DNA of 63,988 bases, filler included, from Aduncisulcus paluster (taxonomy: Eukaryota): NCBI GenBank assembly GCA_024181965.1. It is 9 parts of 9 records of this genome, joined end to end, with 100 filler letters (N's around TTAATTAATTAA, not from the genome) between each part and the next. Parts side by side here need not be neighbours in the genome. Positions count along the whole stretch, not along the records: positions 31,272 to 43,409 come from BQXS01012416.1; positions 43,510 to 51,762 come from BQXS01012417.1; 7 more parts are not named here. One strand, written 5' to 3'. Shown here piece after piece: positions 35,601 to 50,383 of this stretch. A program made the position numbers and the translations under genes. Every line of letters begins with the position of its first letter. The stretch's first letter is position 1. Below the pieces are notes generated by a model, which worked only from the letters and a program-made list of their open reading frames with translations, had not been told where the DNA came from and made no database searches.

Positions 35601-38600
35601 AGTAAGGATCTGAAAGATAGCCTGATTCTAGCTCTTCCACGACACAGACACCCTGACCTTGTGTGCATCCAGAACAATTATCAGAAATTGTGCATAGGTT
35701 CTCATTGACATCATAGTAATACTCAATCTCATCACAAATACACCACCATTCATTGTCAGAACCGCTCTTACGAATACATGAAGCTTCATCCCCACACCCT
35801 TCATAGTCATCGCATCGAGATACACACACCCACCAACCAGGATCATCCATAAATATGGAAACATCTTCTTCGAGATCACACTGACACGTCAACGTATATG
35901 GATCAGTGTCAGGATCTTCGACAATACACTCTCCTCCAATAGAATTGACCTCACACGTTGAGTTGATGCATTGTTGCTCAGAACAATCCTCAGCTCCGTA
36001 AGGAATATAACATTCACACAAATGGGTGTTCAGGTCACAAATGCCCTGCAAAATACTGGAACATCCATTGAGACATTCTAAAGAACACACTAATTCCTCA
36101 CTACTGGGATCATCGTACCATCCAGATATGCATTGGATATCGAGATCATCAATGCTTTGAACATCCTCAATAGAGTTGAGAGCTACACATTGTTGATGTG
36201 TGATAAAATTATCAAAGCAATAAGAAATGAACTCTTCATTATAATAATCAAGTTCAACACAGCCACTGGTTTCATCTGTGGATGCATTTGGATTGAATTC
36301 GACACTTGTATCGAGATAACTAACAGCATTACAAATATATTCCCATTCACCATCCCATATCTTGGCACAAGTAACATTATTGCCCGATCCAAACTCATAT
36401 TCTTCTTCACAAAAACATTCATTTTCTTGATACTCCAAAATTAAAATTCGTCCAGGGAAATGGTACTCAAATACTTCAAACATTGATAAACTTCCACATA
36501 TCCTATTGATTGAAATATCAATTCTTATTGAAAGATTAGGACTTGAACTAGCGAGAGAGTAAAATGGAGTGGGATCGGATATATAGTTATTTGCTAATGA
36601 AATATAGGTCAACTGAGTGAAACCAATGATAAATCCGATGGATTCAATCTCTAAACCATCCATAATAAGGGAATTTAACGTTGAAAAGGAAGACGCTATA
36701 TCATATCCAATTTGATCACTATCAACATTCGAAGCTCCAGAGATATCTAAATATGATAGATCAAGCCCCTCGATATCAGTCAAGTCAGTAATACTGGTGT
36801 GAGCAAGAGCAAGAATAGATAAGGATTGCAAGGAGCTCAAAGGTTCAAGATCGGACACTGGATTGTAAGAAAGGTCCAGGATACTAAGATTTGAAGCAAA
36901 TTCAAGCCCAGAGAGGTCAGAGACGCCAAGATCTGTCAAATCTATGCTATCGATTCCAGACATATCGCTGGCAGAAATGTCACAATCATCTCCTAAATTC
37001 AGTAAGGAACAGAGATACATTTTCAACTCAGGGTCTGGTACATTCACATATAAACAGACAGTGCCAGTATATAAGTCATCACAGATACACTCATGTGTTT
37101 CTTCGTCACATGTTCCATAGTTGCACATGGACTCAATATCTTGGCTAAGAGGACAGGAGTAAAGACAATTATAACCGTACCATCCTTCAATACATTCTGC
37201 GGTGACTGTATCAAGGACAGTATCATACACACATTGGAAATTGGAAAGAGATTTGACGTCTTCATAGCACTCATATCCAGACTGATAATTGATTTCCCAG
37301 AGAGGATGGCATGAAAAAGATCCATCGTCAGAACCTTCATCAACAAGTTTATAAGAATAAACGTCACATTCAGCACGGTATTCGCCCTCCCATATCTCCA
37401 TACATATTGTTTGTGTCTCAACGCTAACATAATCTTCTCCACAAATATCCGGATATGTTTCTGTGCATAAAGTTGTGTTTTGAAAATTCGTATTGACATA
37501 AGATAGGTTTGGAAGGTTAAATAATAGATCAGTACTCTCTTCAACAGAATCGGTCTCAATTACTCCACATATTGTGTTATAGCTCACATCAAGCGCCTCA
37601 AGAGTGTCTCGGAATGCGAAAAGAGGGGAAATATCATCAATGGCATTATTTGACAATTTCAAAGTTTTAAATGAACTTGATAAATTCTCAAGTTCGAATA
37701 GATCTGAGGTGACCAGGCCACAACCTTCTGCAGAAAAATCATATAAATCGAGGGCGGGACCAATATTTGACACAAGCTCTTCAAGAGTTAAATTAATAGC
37801 TCCATCCATTGAAATGGTTGTAATTTCGTCTTGGCAAGCTATTGGATCTAATGAGTCGATATTTACATTATCAATACGCAGTTCAATCAAACTTTCTAAA
37901 AATGGAGAGGAATCTTGGTCTCCCTCAGCAGGACAAGAGGGGAAAACTACACTTGACTCAGAATCAAAGTCTGTTTTTGACATTGTCAGAACTTCTAATA
38001 TTGTGAAATTGCACAAAATATACATCGATTCCGAGTTGATGGAATCGGTATAATCTATATATAGAATCTTCAAGTTGATTAGATTGGATATATGTGCAAG
38101 AGTTGTAATGCCAGTGCTACGTATGGACAAATAGTATAAATTCACAAGATACATAATATATTCGAGGCTGACAAGTTCAGACATTCCTTCTAAATCAAGA
38201 TATAACAAATCTGCATGCTGGAGACCTCTCAATGATGAAATTGAGGAACTTAAGGATGACAAATATCGGTTACTAGCAGGCAATGAACTGAGACTTCTCA
38301 AAGCAGCAATACTGATACCATACTCGGAATTATAATCTGCTAATGACAAGAGATTCCCAAGAGCAGCATCAAGAGCATCTTCCTCCACAGTACGTAAACA
38401 CTCCGTTGTCATGGCCAAAGAATCAACAACGAAACATTCATCACTATACGAACATCCACCATCACAGGGAATATCTGATGAACACGTAAAAGTAGTCACG
38501 GATGAGGAATAAATAGTTTGTGCATAACTGGCGCATACAAGTTGCCAATTGGATGAAAATGGCACTGTTTCAGCACAAACAAGATCCAAACCAATCATAT

Positions 38601-40624
38601 CTGTCATCCCATCGAGTTCACAACCAGATGAATACTGATAATCTATATTGATTGGAAGAGTTTGTGTTCCTGTTATATACTGAAAATTGACAAACTTGGC
38701 AAACAAATCCTCAGAGCTACTTGCATCAAGCTGAATGTAGTTAAATGAAAGGTCAAGATCATTAGCAGAAATGTGGTATAATGGAGATGGATCAAATATC
38801 CTGTTTTCATACAGATACAGATATTCCCAACATGGATAGTCGTAATCGGTTGTGTTAGAAGGACATGTACCCAAAAAGCTAAGATTTGAAATGTTATTTC
38901 CACCCAAATTGAGTTTTGGGATCTCACAAAGTGTATCTACAACCGGCAAAAGATCAAATTCATCAATATAATTGCCTTTGATTTCTAATTGAACCTGAGA
39001 CAAGTCTAATTCTTGCAAAGATTCAAACTCCGACAAGGAGTAAAGAGAATCATCATAAATAGTAACTTGAGAATACTTCAAGGTTTCTAAAGATAAAGCC
39101 AACCCATCATAATTTGCAATATCAAGGAAATAACCATTTTCTATTCCAGAGATATCCAAATAATACAAATTGGGAGGTGTCAAGTCTTTGGATTCAAAGA
39201 CATATAGGTCGAATAGATTTTCATTATAACTCAGATCTAAATATTCTAAAGACATAGGAAGATATCGAATGGCATCAATATTGTTACTTGAAAGATTCAA
39301 TTGAACAAGGTTGCACAAAGTCTCTATTCCTGAGGGAAGTTCCACGATGGAGTTTTCACTCAAATCTATTGAAGGAACGTTCCTCAAATATTCAATACCA
39401 TCAAGTTCATGAATACTCGTGTCAGAACAATCAAGCTCCGAGTCAATAACTAGTAATGTGGCTGCACTAAAAGTTTGATTCAAATAATCGTAGTCATAAT
39501 AGAGGTCATTACTCATCAAATAGTCGACAATACAATCATCGAACTCAGGATAAGAATAATAAAATATGGAATTACATGCAGCAGTTTCATCGATATACTG
39601 ACATACATCTCCATAAGTACAACCACCTGCACATCCTGTGGTGCATGTAAGAGGGTCCACAGATTCGTCTGAGAACGTAGCATATGAATCACTTGCACAC
39701 ACAACATACCAATTATCGGATCCAGGGTAAGTCTCTGTGCAAACCAAGTTATTCTCAATAAAGCTGGGATAGTCTTCATCTCCTTCGCAATAACAATTAG
39801 AACAAACATCATAGGTGGAATCAGCAGAAAGAAAAAGAAAACCAGTCCTTTCAATGGAGAGGAATTTATAATACAGAACTTCAGGGGTTTCATCTGTACC
39901 GAAATGAATCGGATTATCAAGAATATTAAGTTCGAAGACAGTTTCTGGGGAGTAAGTATACAACGGAGAAACATCAGAGATCATATTTGAGGAGAGATTG
40001 AGATCAATAATGGAATTTGTGTTGTTAGCAAGAAATACAACAGAATAAATATTGTTTGAGGACAAATCAAGAGAAGTAAACTCAAATTCATTGATCAAAA
40101 CAATAGTATTACCGTAGGTGTATTCAATACAGTCGTCAGAAAGAGGGGAAGATGTTATAGTAACATCAGAGAGAGAAAGGCTTGTTAGAGGTGAATAATC
40201 GTAGATATTGGAAGTAAAAAGGGTATAAAATGGACAATAATCAAAATCAAGACCACTTAAATTTAAATCGATTAAACTATCCAAAAAACAATAATTCATC
40301 CATTTGAAAGATGAAGAAAGTCCAGCATTATAGCTTATATCGAGCCCTTCGATATTGTTTGGAAGAACACAAGAATAATCAGATCCCTCCTCAATTAAAA
40401 TGCTATCATCAGTGATTAGAGTATTTGACAACGACACCACCTTAAGATTGGTTATCAGGCCAAGATTAGAGATGTCGGATACATTTGTGTTGGCCAAATT
40501 CAAGGTTGTTAGATTTGACAAATATGTTAACTGATCAAGATCGACAGAAATAATATTAAACTCGCCATCAACAAGGTCTAACTCAGTCAAATTAGAGGCG
40601 TATCGAATACCAGTCAAATCAAAT
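32620..40624 (-). CDS. Giant internalin-like LRR protein with EGF-like/Cys-rich modules, central part
   Basis: ~2,670 uninterrupted codons; repeated GLEYA.NL..L.L..N.ISD.SPL blocks alternate with C.E..PGS.NW..VC and EGF-like repeats. Confidence 0.92.
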
Positions 40625-40644
40625 NNNNNNNNNNNNNNNNNNNN

Positions 40645-43409
40645 GGAAGAACACAAGAATAATCAGATCCCTCCTCAATTAAAATGCTATCATCAGTGAT
40701 TAGAGTATTTGACAACGACACCACCTTAAGATTGGTTATCAGGCCAAGATTAGAGATGTCGGATACATTTGTGTTGGCCAAATTCAAGGTTGTTAGATTT
40801 GACAAATATGTTAACTGATCAAGATCGACAGAAATAATATTAAACTCGCCATCAACAAGGTCTAACTCAGTCAAATTAGAGGCGTATCGAATACCAGTCA
40901 AATCAGATACACCACTTACTCGAAGCGTTTCAAAAGTCAACATCTCATCGACAGTCACATCTGTATCCGTATCATCTTCTCTCCCCAAAACTGTCAATAT
41001 TGCCAATCTGAGATTATCATCAGGAATATAAACATACTCACAAGTTGTTCCATAGGTGAATTCTGGACATTCCTCAAAACCATAGTAGAAAAACAGTGTT
41101 GTGGGACATGAAGCTGATGATAAGAGTGAAATCTGTATGGGGTCGACCACAGGATATGGAAGCGGTTCTATAGATATATCAACATCAAGATCAATGGCAG
41201 AGGTATATTGCTGAATAAACGTTATCACAATATTCCCATCTGAATCATATATATCAATTTGAGGATAAACACTCATAGAATCAGAAGAATATTCAACGGT
41301 CTGGTGATACATTGGGGTCGTTGTCCTGAAGAATTTTCTGTACGGAATATAGCCTAAATACCCAGAATACTCGAAGGAAATATCTTCACCAAATATGAAG
41401 GACACAGGTTCGTAGCAATCAGTTCCATTGCCGCCATAATATCCTGGGATACAGCCACCACTGTACGGAACAACAACATCACTATCTTGATAGTCACCAT
41501 AACAGAGCATATTACGAGCATCCAAATACTCACAGGTACCAGACGTGTCCTTGACACAAGACATTGTACTTGCTTGCGTGTTTTCATAGTACCCGAGTCT
41601 ACACTGCTTGAGATTGGTACGAGGAGCACAGATAATATTGAAATACAGTTGCACATCGTCTTCACATTGACATGATTGAGAGTCGGCATCAGAGGTTATT
41701 GAAGGGGAAACATCATCATTATTTTGTGCAATTTGGTATTCCATAACAAACAAAGATGGGATTTCAAATGCTGAGGAACATAAATTGTTATTCGAGAGAT
41801 CAAGAGACACTAGGGATGGAAGGTATAATAATGGGGTATAATCCACCAATTCGTTATTGGAGAGATCAATTGTCTCAAGATTGATGGCGTATTCAAGACC
41901 ACGAAGCGATGAAACATTGGCATTTGACAGATCTACATCAATTAAAGAACGAAGATCATCAATCGTAATAAAATAGCTTGATAATGGCAAATAATCTGTC
42001 ATGTTGTCTGGATTCATATCTCGTAATATTTCAACAATTCGAATACGCAAGTTAAAATCATGGATAAGTTGGCACTCTCCATCAACAGATTTGGCTCCCC
42101 AAGCACATTCAAGCATGTTCGTTAAAGGATTGTACACCTCAAATCGAGTGAAAGAAGGACATAAATCACCACTACATTGTGTTGGTGAAACATTGACATT
42201 TGCTAGAGGCAGAGGGGAACAAGAACTTTCAGATATACTCAAATAAATTGGTAGAGACGCAACTGGGAAGATTGAGTTAAAAAATGCAATGATATTATCA
42301 TTTGACTCTGAATGACATAAATATTCAGAAGAGAAATGGAGAAATAGTTCAGAATTCCAGTACAACGGAGATAAATCATATAAAAACTTACTGTTGAACG
42401 CTAATAACTCAAGCAAAGATGGTAAATGCGCCAATGGAGCAATACTTGGTGCGAACAAATTTTCAATATCAAGGTAAACAAGAGATGGAATCTTTGAGAG
42501 TGGGGCCAAGTCGGTAATGAGGTTGTTGTCAAGCAAAAGTTGATTCGTGGCAGTTGGGAAAATTGTTTCAATGCCTCGAAGATCAGATATTGATTCGTTG
42601 GAGAAATCATCAAAATTTACAAAGTTTTCCTCATCACACAAAGAAGATCCACCACATAGAGCTATTCTCAGGTTATAATCGGGAATATTGCTAGAATATT
42701 GACACTTATCGCCATATTTCTCACTTTCCATACAGATACATGATGGTACTGGATCATAATTCTTTATGCATTTCTTGTATTTGGGATCTCCACATGTGAT
42801 ACAAATGTTGGATGTATCCTCAACGCATGAACCTGAGGAATAATCGTAATAATACCCATACACACAGACAAGAGAATAGTCACTTGAACCGGGGTATATT
42901 GGTTTGTAGGTTTGATACGAGTCAAGAGAAAGCTCCAGGGTTTCAGTAATCGGACAATCACTGTATGTTTCTGGAAGAGTAAAGATATCAGTGTCCAACA
43001 ATTCAGCGAAATCCGTGATATAACTATAACTTAAACATATATTATCCATATAAATTGTTTCATATGAATTATTGGACAAAATAGGGAAAATATCAGAAAT
43101 TGGATTGTACCTCAAGTCAAGATAAACCAAATTATGCATATATGCAACGGGTGAAATGTCTTCAATGGTTCCATTCATAAGAACTAGCGTTGTTAGATTG
43201 ACTGCATATTCAAGACCGGCCATAGAACTGACACCAGCAGAGATCTCAATACTTGTTAATGACCTTAGTTCTGCCACTGTAATGACGTGAGAAGGACTGT
43301 ATCCAAGGCTAATACAAATCGCATCACGTAGGACAGTGTCCTCAATGAGATGACAAAGACCCGTCGAGGCTTCGTAAAAAGTATTAAGTGCACAGGAGGA
43401 AGCATCAAA
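40645..43409 (-). CDS. Giant LRR/Cys-rich surface protein, proximal part (5'-partial)
   Basis: Same module architecture (IPD.NLR.A caps); frame appears open up to the contig edge; overlaps the next piece across a gap. Confidence 0.88.
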
Positions 43410-43509
43410 NNNNNNNNNNNNNNNNNNNNNNNNNNNNNNNNNNNNNNNNNNNNTTAATTAATTAANNNNNNNNNNNNNNNNNNNNNNNNNNNNNNNNNNN
43501 NNNNNNNNN

Positions 43510-44057
43510 ACCGATGTTCTCACTAAACAGTTTATACCTTGTGCATTGGATGCAATCAGAGCAGCACAATATGCAAAACCAAATCTTGCGCCTTCAGATC
43601 AATATATCGTTTTGCAAAAAGACTTGAAACAGAATGGTCTTCACGGACCATTCAATGTCGCCCATTCAAGGAAGCTTTTAATCTTTTAAATATAAATCTG
43701 AGTATATATTATGGTATTATCTCATTAAATCCCGAAAAGATAGATGAAGGATTTGAAATCGAAGAAAAAATTATAAAAAAGGCAATATCAGATGTACATA
43801 TAAACTTGTCGATACGAGAAGAAGAGGAATTGCATGAATATTGTGAAAAAATTCAAAAAAGTGAAATTATTGACTTTGAAAAGGAGTATATATTATTGAA
43901 TAGAATCAGATGTATTTTTAGATCATTGCCCATGACTGGTGCATCTATCGAGAGGATGTTTAGTATAGTCCGGCGATATGACCAACCTTTAAGAGCAAAT
44001 CAATCTGTAGATACCCTCATGGGCAATGTATTCTTAACTTTCAATTCAAAAAAATAA
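43510..44057 (+). mobile_element. hAT transposase C-terminal fragment
   Basis: LPMTGASIERMFS...LR...S.DTL hATC dimerisation motif. Confidence 0.85.
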
Positions 44058-44474
44058 ATAAATTATTTTCCATTCCCGGAAAGTAGTTAACTATTTTAAT
44101 AAAACAATTATATGTTATTCACTGCAATTATTATATTACTTATCAATAAGTATATGGTTGGATCAATAACGGAAGATGAGAATTGGATATTTCAAAAACA
44201 TTGTTAACTTCGCAAATTCTTCTTGGTATCAAATTAAAATTATTTTTTTTAGTTATAATAAATATTTTAAATTGATGTTCTACTTTTATTTAAATAAAAT
44301 CGCGTTTCCAAAAAATGGAAACCTATGGTGGATATAATTGAAAATTTTTTTGTATTTTGTTGATGTCCGGTTACAATTTTAGGGAGACGTCTTCAAGGGG
44401 ATTTAACCCTGACTACCAAACCTCAAGCCAATTGCAAAGAACTGCAGAGAAAATTTGAAATAACCTCAAAAAGT

Positions 44475-45800
44475 TTGGAAGAATTAGTGAGCGAGATTCC
44501 ATTGACCACCAGAACCGAGGCTTCAGTTCTGAAAGCCCCAATGTTGACTAAATTTTCTAAAGAAGAGTACTTTAGGTTCAAAGCCGAATTTAAAAAGTAT
44601 AAGAGTGACGGAGGGAAAGCGAAACCCCAAACACGTATTAAGGAGGAAGTCGCACTGTTGATCGAAGTAGAAGTCGATGATTTCGACGCAAAAGATCTGT
44701 TCACTTCGTTGGATTAACATTTTGCATGTGATACTGAAACAGATGTGTATGAGGAATTAAGAGCGTTGAGGATGCGTCATGGTTTTAAAATGGAGGATCT
44801 ACGTGAGTATACTGGGAAGTTCTTAGTCACAGTGAGTCATAATGAAGACATTGTGGCAGCTCATAAGGAAAACATCGCAAGGATCTTCGCCAAAGGTATT
44901 TTTGTCTACTCCACAAAAGATAGAATTATGGAACTCATTACTGATGGAGTAACCGAGTTGAAAACACTGGCTAAGGAGGCGCTGAAATTCCAAAAGACCA
45001 TGGATAATGCGAAGAAGTTGATTTATATGGGAAGCAAGAAGAAGCAGAGTAGTAGGAGGGAGTTTACTCCATCTTCAACCAAAGGAGGTCAAAAACACAC
45101 GGAATATACCGCACAAGGAAGACGACGTGATGCCTACCAGGATTGGAGCAAGTTATCATGCAAGTATTGTGGAGGCAAACACCCCGATGAAAGATGCTGG
45201 AAACAGTTCCCTGAGTTGAGACCGAAGAGAGAGGTGAAAGAAGATGACTCCGTGATTATGGCATCTGCTCTTTTTAAGCCTAAGCTGATTTCCAGTAAAT
45301 CGGAAGGTGCCTATAACGATGACATTTATATCGAAGGATATGCAAAGAGTGATACAAACCAAAGGCCAGTCAAAGCACTAATCGATACGGGATGTCAAGT
45401 TAATATGATGACTTCTCGTTTGATAGAAGCATTAAATCCTGAGTCTACACAATTGGATAAACCTATTGTCGTGAGGTTTGATGGAAAGGAAGAAAAACAC
45501 ACAGAAGCATATAGGTTGATGCTTACTGCAACTAACATTGTCACAGCTGATGAGGTTACGGCTCCTATCATGGTGATTAAGAGTGATATCGTGAAGGATG
45601 AAGAAATGATCATTGGAGCTAATTGGTGTATTGAAACTGATATCGTGAAGACACTAATAGGAAAACGTGACACGGAAGAAATCGCACCGCAAGATGAAGA
45701 AATGTTTATGGAGAAAACCGAAGTATTGAACGGTCCAGCTGTAGACGAGATTAAGAAGATTACTTTTGGATCGGATTTCGAAGAGGATGGTTTAGCTATT
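44475..45800 (+). mobile_element. Ty3/Gypsy gag-protease fragment (one internal stop)
   Basis: APMLTKFSKEEY..FK.EF..Y...GGK; CKYCGGKH....C knuckle; ALIDTGC protease; IIGANW. Confidence 0.9.
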
Positions 45801-46869
45801 TTGAACCTTTTGTCCCGTGCCTAATTCAAATTCATGCACTTCTGGTCTCCTTTCCTTTGGGTTTAGTCCCTTGGCCAATTCTTCAGACACAATTGACAAG
45901 GATGCAGCCGAATCTAATAATATTTTCGTTTCCCTTTGCTGCTGACCCATAACTTTTCCGAAACGTTCAACCACTGATGAACTTTCGACAATAGCTTTCA
46001 TGTATTCCCGTTTACCCTTTCGTTCTGGACAATCTCGGGCAAAATGTTCAGTTGAATCACATATGAAGCATTTCTTTGGCTTTCTCCGTCCCTGTTTTTT
46101 ATACGACTCCTGACTCGGGTTGCTCCCTCGAGTACTAGCCAGATCCTTACCAGCTAGGTCCTTCTGTTTCTTTCTACAGTCAGCTTCTTTATGTCCCTTT
46201 TTGTGACAATAGTTGCATTTTCCATGAAACCTTTGAGACTTTTCTCGCTTCTCACCAGTCTCAAGCACACCTAATTTATCGAATTCTTCTTTCAATAATA
46301 TCAGGTCTTCCAATTCTACATAACCAACTCTTATTCCATTGTCGATATCCGTACTATCTAAGGTATTCATTTCAGCTGTCACTCTCGATTGTAATCTTTC
46401 CGGTCTTAGTCCTCTGATAAATGCACGTAACTTCTGTATATCACTACCAAAATCTTCAGCCATAGCTACTTCTTCTTTAAAACGAATAGCATACTCCATA
46501 TAAGCTGTTAAACAAAAGAGATTTCCCATAACTAACTTGTCCAAACGATCAAACAAGCCTACTGTATTTCTAGCTGCAAAACCTTTTCGAATGCAACGAT
46601 TTAATTCCTGATTCAGATATGAATACAGAGGAATAACCCAAATTCAGCTCGATGCCCGTGATACTTTTCCGTTTGTCAGATACATTTGTATCATAAGCAT
46701 CCGAGTCGAAATAAATGTGTAACAACACGTCTAGTACGAATGGACTTACCAAAACAATCCATTTTTGTTTACCTCCTTGGGCTTTATATTTTGCATACTG
46801 GCAGAAAAACTCGTGCCAGTCATCTTTCGAAAACTTCGTCAAAAAGGGTGGTTTTAATATCGCTGACAT
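45800..46869 (-). mobile_element. LTR-retrotransposon gag (two CCHC knuckles) plus protease start, degenerate
   Basis: CNYCHKKGHKEADC, CFICDSTEHFARDC, LLDSAAS; gag start MSAILKPPFLTKFS at 46869. Confidence 0.88.
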
Positions 46870-47274
46870 ACTTATTTAATCAGTGAATTCACTGTAATTT
46901 AAGTAAAAATATTGTAGGTGAGTCAATTTACTTGTATCTATATATTAAACCGTAGTGTTTACCTTCGCAGATAAACCTTCACATGATCCTAGATCATCAA
47001 CCATGATCTATACAATTAATACTTAAATCAATCCTCTTAATTCAATATGTCACTAAATAAGCGAATAACACGGAGACGATTCGTCAACGTTAGATACAAT
47101 TTATTGGTTTGCGGGAGATCAGATTGATTCTTGTGAAATCAATTCAGATTGATTCAACATGTCAAATTATGAGAAATAGAATATAAAATAAATATATAAA
47201 ATAAACATAATTCAAATAAATAATAATAAAAATAAATATTGTTCTAGAAATATCGTGTTATAAAAAGTTTTGAG

Positions 47275-47621
47275 GTGGGGTCACCACAGAGTCACCGGTC
47301 GTCATCTTCATTGAAATTTTGATTTGGGTCGTCACCGGTCGTCACCTTGCCCCATTTTCATTGTAAAATCAAGTCAGATTTTCATCTGATTTTCATCACA
47401 TTTTGGACTTGATCCATGAAAATACTCAGAATAAAATTAAAATATGTAATATATGTTCCTTGTGTTATCACATATCCTCGCAATGGGAATGTATAATTCT
47501 GAATAATAGTAAAATTAAAACTAAAAAAAAACATATTTTACTGAAATTTGATGGTTTTCAAGGGAGGTCGTCACCGGTCGTCACCTTGGACATTTTTGGG
47601 TCGTCACTGGTGAGGGCCTTG
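47275..47621. mobile_element. Probable hAT-type terminus with subterminal GTCACCGGTCGTCA repeats
   Basis: Motif at ~47292, 47331, 47570 plus a variant near 47600; ends GAGGGCCTTG (reverse complement CAAGGCCCTC). Confidence 0.55.
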
Positions 47622-47749
47622 AAGTGGCTAGGGTTTCTGATCAATAAAGGTATTGTACTACAACACCATTGTTAGTAATAATTGATGTAGTACTCGTTGC
47701 AGTTGTGAACAACATAACTGACGGTGTTACTTGATAAAGACTTGTCCTT

Positions 47750-48500
47750 TACTGATCGCTTGGGATAAGGACATTTGCAGTCTGCACCTGTATCAGCTAA
47801 ACCGATGAACTGTACCATCGATTTTCCCAGGAACGTACCGATGATCTCTCTTTCTTGTATTCCTTGAGTAGATTTAGAGCTTGACAGTCCCACTCTCCTA
47901 ATCGAGGATCCTTTCTTCCTCTCTTCGTCCCTCTTCTTTTTCCTGCATTCGCCTGCTGTGTGTCCCTTCTTTGAGCAGTAATCACATGTTTTGTCTCTGT
48001 TTTCAGATTTTCGTGAACGACTATGGCCTTGTCTTGAGTGTACTGGACCTTGATCTTGGACAATGCTTCGAGTGCGACATCCAATGCGTGAGCTATGTCT
48101 TTTATGCTTCCAATGCGTATTCCCGCACGTACAGCGCTTTTGATAGAGTCTACGGACATCTTTGATAAGAATATGTGGAGAGCCTCAGCCCTTTGAATGT
48201 CTGTGGCCCTTGCTTGCTCTAGTACTCGCTCGAACTTTCCTGGGAATTTCATTAATCCTTCCGGGGTGAAAGGTTCTTTGACCCAGAAATCTGCACTGGA
48301 CTTGGCTCTCAGGAAGTCATCGATGAACGCCATAATGTTTGAAGGCTTTCTAAGATGGGTTCTAAGCCTCCACACGTCTAAAGCCTCTCCGGTTACACAG
48401 TCGTCGGCGTTACGGGTTCCGCCTTTGAGGTTGTAGTATTCGAATTCTGTTTTAAAATCGCTACAATCTTTTCTACTAAAATATCTTAGTAAATGGGGGT
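47750..48500 (-). mobile_element. LTR-retrotransposon gag-protease fragment, frameshifted
   Basis: Gag start LRYFSRKDCSDFKTEFEYYNLKGG; GLADTGAD protease motif. Confidence 0.75.
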
Positions 48501-49079
48501 ATTAACTTGACTTCGAGAAGCGTTTGAGAACTTATTCCTGATAAGTTAGTTGTGTCAGATCCAGATGCATGGTGTCCCATGACTGGCGATGTTAGGGTTG
48601 TAATAGACCCTCTTCCCATTAATGGTCTCTTTTCCCGAATGAAGTTGAAGAAAATTCTTCCTTCTCACCGACTCGGTGAGGTCGGACCTCGACTCCAAAT
48701 GAGATTTTCAGAGGGTGCTTCCCGAACCTATTTGTAACTTCGGGGATATGATAGTTTTAGTGTCTGTACCGTGCTGAGATATAGTACAGTACAGTATACT
48801 ACTGTGGTAAACCTGAAGAAGAGCAAAGAAGTCTTCTTGAGAGAATACCTCAGACAGTTATTAGTGTTTTAGATTTGATTGAGAGAACTGTAGGACGTGA
48901 TGAACAGGAAAAGAGAGTTCTTATATCATTTCATGTTCCTCTTTGTTCGGTAAGCTACTATTCAGAGTTAGAGACATTTCTTGAAACAAAAATAACTTCT
49001 TTATTGGCAGAACTTCATGAAGGTGGATAATCATCAATAAAAACATACTGCCCACGAGATTTAGATCGTACTGAGCCTA

Positions 49080-49335
49080 TTTAGCTCCATTGCGATAATC
49101 CCACACCACACATTTTGCCCGAAGCCTGCCTCTTTCAAAAGACAAAATTTTGACAGCTCTTTAAGAGTCTTTCCACTCCGTAAAACATGCAACTCCATAG
49201 TAAAATATCTCTAGGATTTAATTTTCCTTCTGCCCCTTGTACTACGCCCGAATTCATCTGCACAACTATTTTCCACAAATTTAAATTCTTCTCGATTTAA
49301 TCCCGTAATCGTAATAAATTCCTTTTCTCTTTCGC
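49080..49335 (-). mobile_element. PIF/Harbinger-like transposase HTH fragment (second family)
   Basis: Manual translation EFITITGLNREEF...RGRRK..*..LHVLRSGKTLKELSKF parallels the HTH at 30282. Confidence 0.65.
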
Positions 49336-49384
49336 CGGCGGAAGATTAACTTCAAAAGCGACAATTAGGAAAAGGAGTATCATT

Positions 49385-49801
49385 CACTGCATTCTGAAGG
49401 ACAGCTCCGATGACGAGGAATACAGCGATGAAATCACAGTCCCACAACTGTATATCGCCAGAGTCGCAAATGTAGATGATGAACTCACGAATATTGACAT
49501 GGGAGAAGAATTCAGAGATGAAATAATTCCCATTATCGAAGAGTTCAAGGAGGTATTCAATCCCAACCTCCCGCCAAAAGGATCGAAGTTAAAGCCATAC
49601 GCTATCAGTCTTGTAAACGAACATGAGATACCACTAAAGGCGAAGACGAGGTTTCTCTCCCCACCTCTCATGAAGGTGACAAGAGAAACACTGGACCAGC
49701 TCCTGGAAGAAGGACACATCGTCAAATCCGACAGCGAGTAGGCCAGTCCGATCGTATTAGTGAGGAAGAAAGATGATTCTTGGAGGCTCTGGGTGGATTA
49801 C
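49385..49801 (+). mobile_element. Ty3/Gypsy RT N-terminal fragment
   Basis: EEFKEVF..LPP, LLEEGHIVKSDSE*ASPIVLVRKKDDSWRLWVDY, then abrupt end. Confidence 0.88.
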
Positions 49802-49963
49802 TGTACTATACTGAAATATCCATTGTAAAATTGCATCTAATTCGATAATTATTTAATAATTTTGTTTTAAAAGCAGATAAATTTATCTGAAAGCTGTACA
49901 GGAGCTCAATAATAAAATAGAAGATTTAAAACTGAACCAACTTGGTTAAATTTGAAATTTATT

Positions 49964-49964
<1 letters not shown>

Positions 49965-50003
<39 letters not shown>
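49965..50003 (+). repeat. Poly(T)39 tract
   Basis: Pure T run. Confidence 0.9.
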
Positions 50004-50004
<1 letters not shown>

Positions 50005-50383
50005 TTAGGGTTATATTGATGGAGATTGATGATTACCGACATCAACCGGTGATTACCGGTATTCTTTTATTTTAATAAATTTGCTAGTCTCCCTTCACGG
50101 GATTAATAATAATAATATTATTATTTTAAATTTTCTTTATTTGCATTGTTTTTTGATAACACGTTTTATTTGATATTGATGCTAAGAGAGAAACTCGAAG
50201 AAGATTATAATATGCATGCTATTAAGGCCAAAGCAGCATCTGAAAGACAACTGGCGTTGAAAATGGCCCCTGAAGATAAAAAAGCTCGTATCGAAAGTGA
50301 ACATTCTGATTACCATGAATCAAGAAAAATTTTCGAATTGTCAAACTTAGTTCAACAGCAACAGAAGGCCCTTATTTCTGGAA

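Noticed and set aside
33093..42961. Many short alternate-frame and antisense ORFs in the track
   Set aside because: Shadows of the long LRR coding sequence
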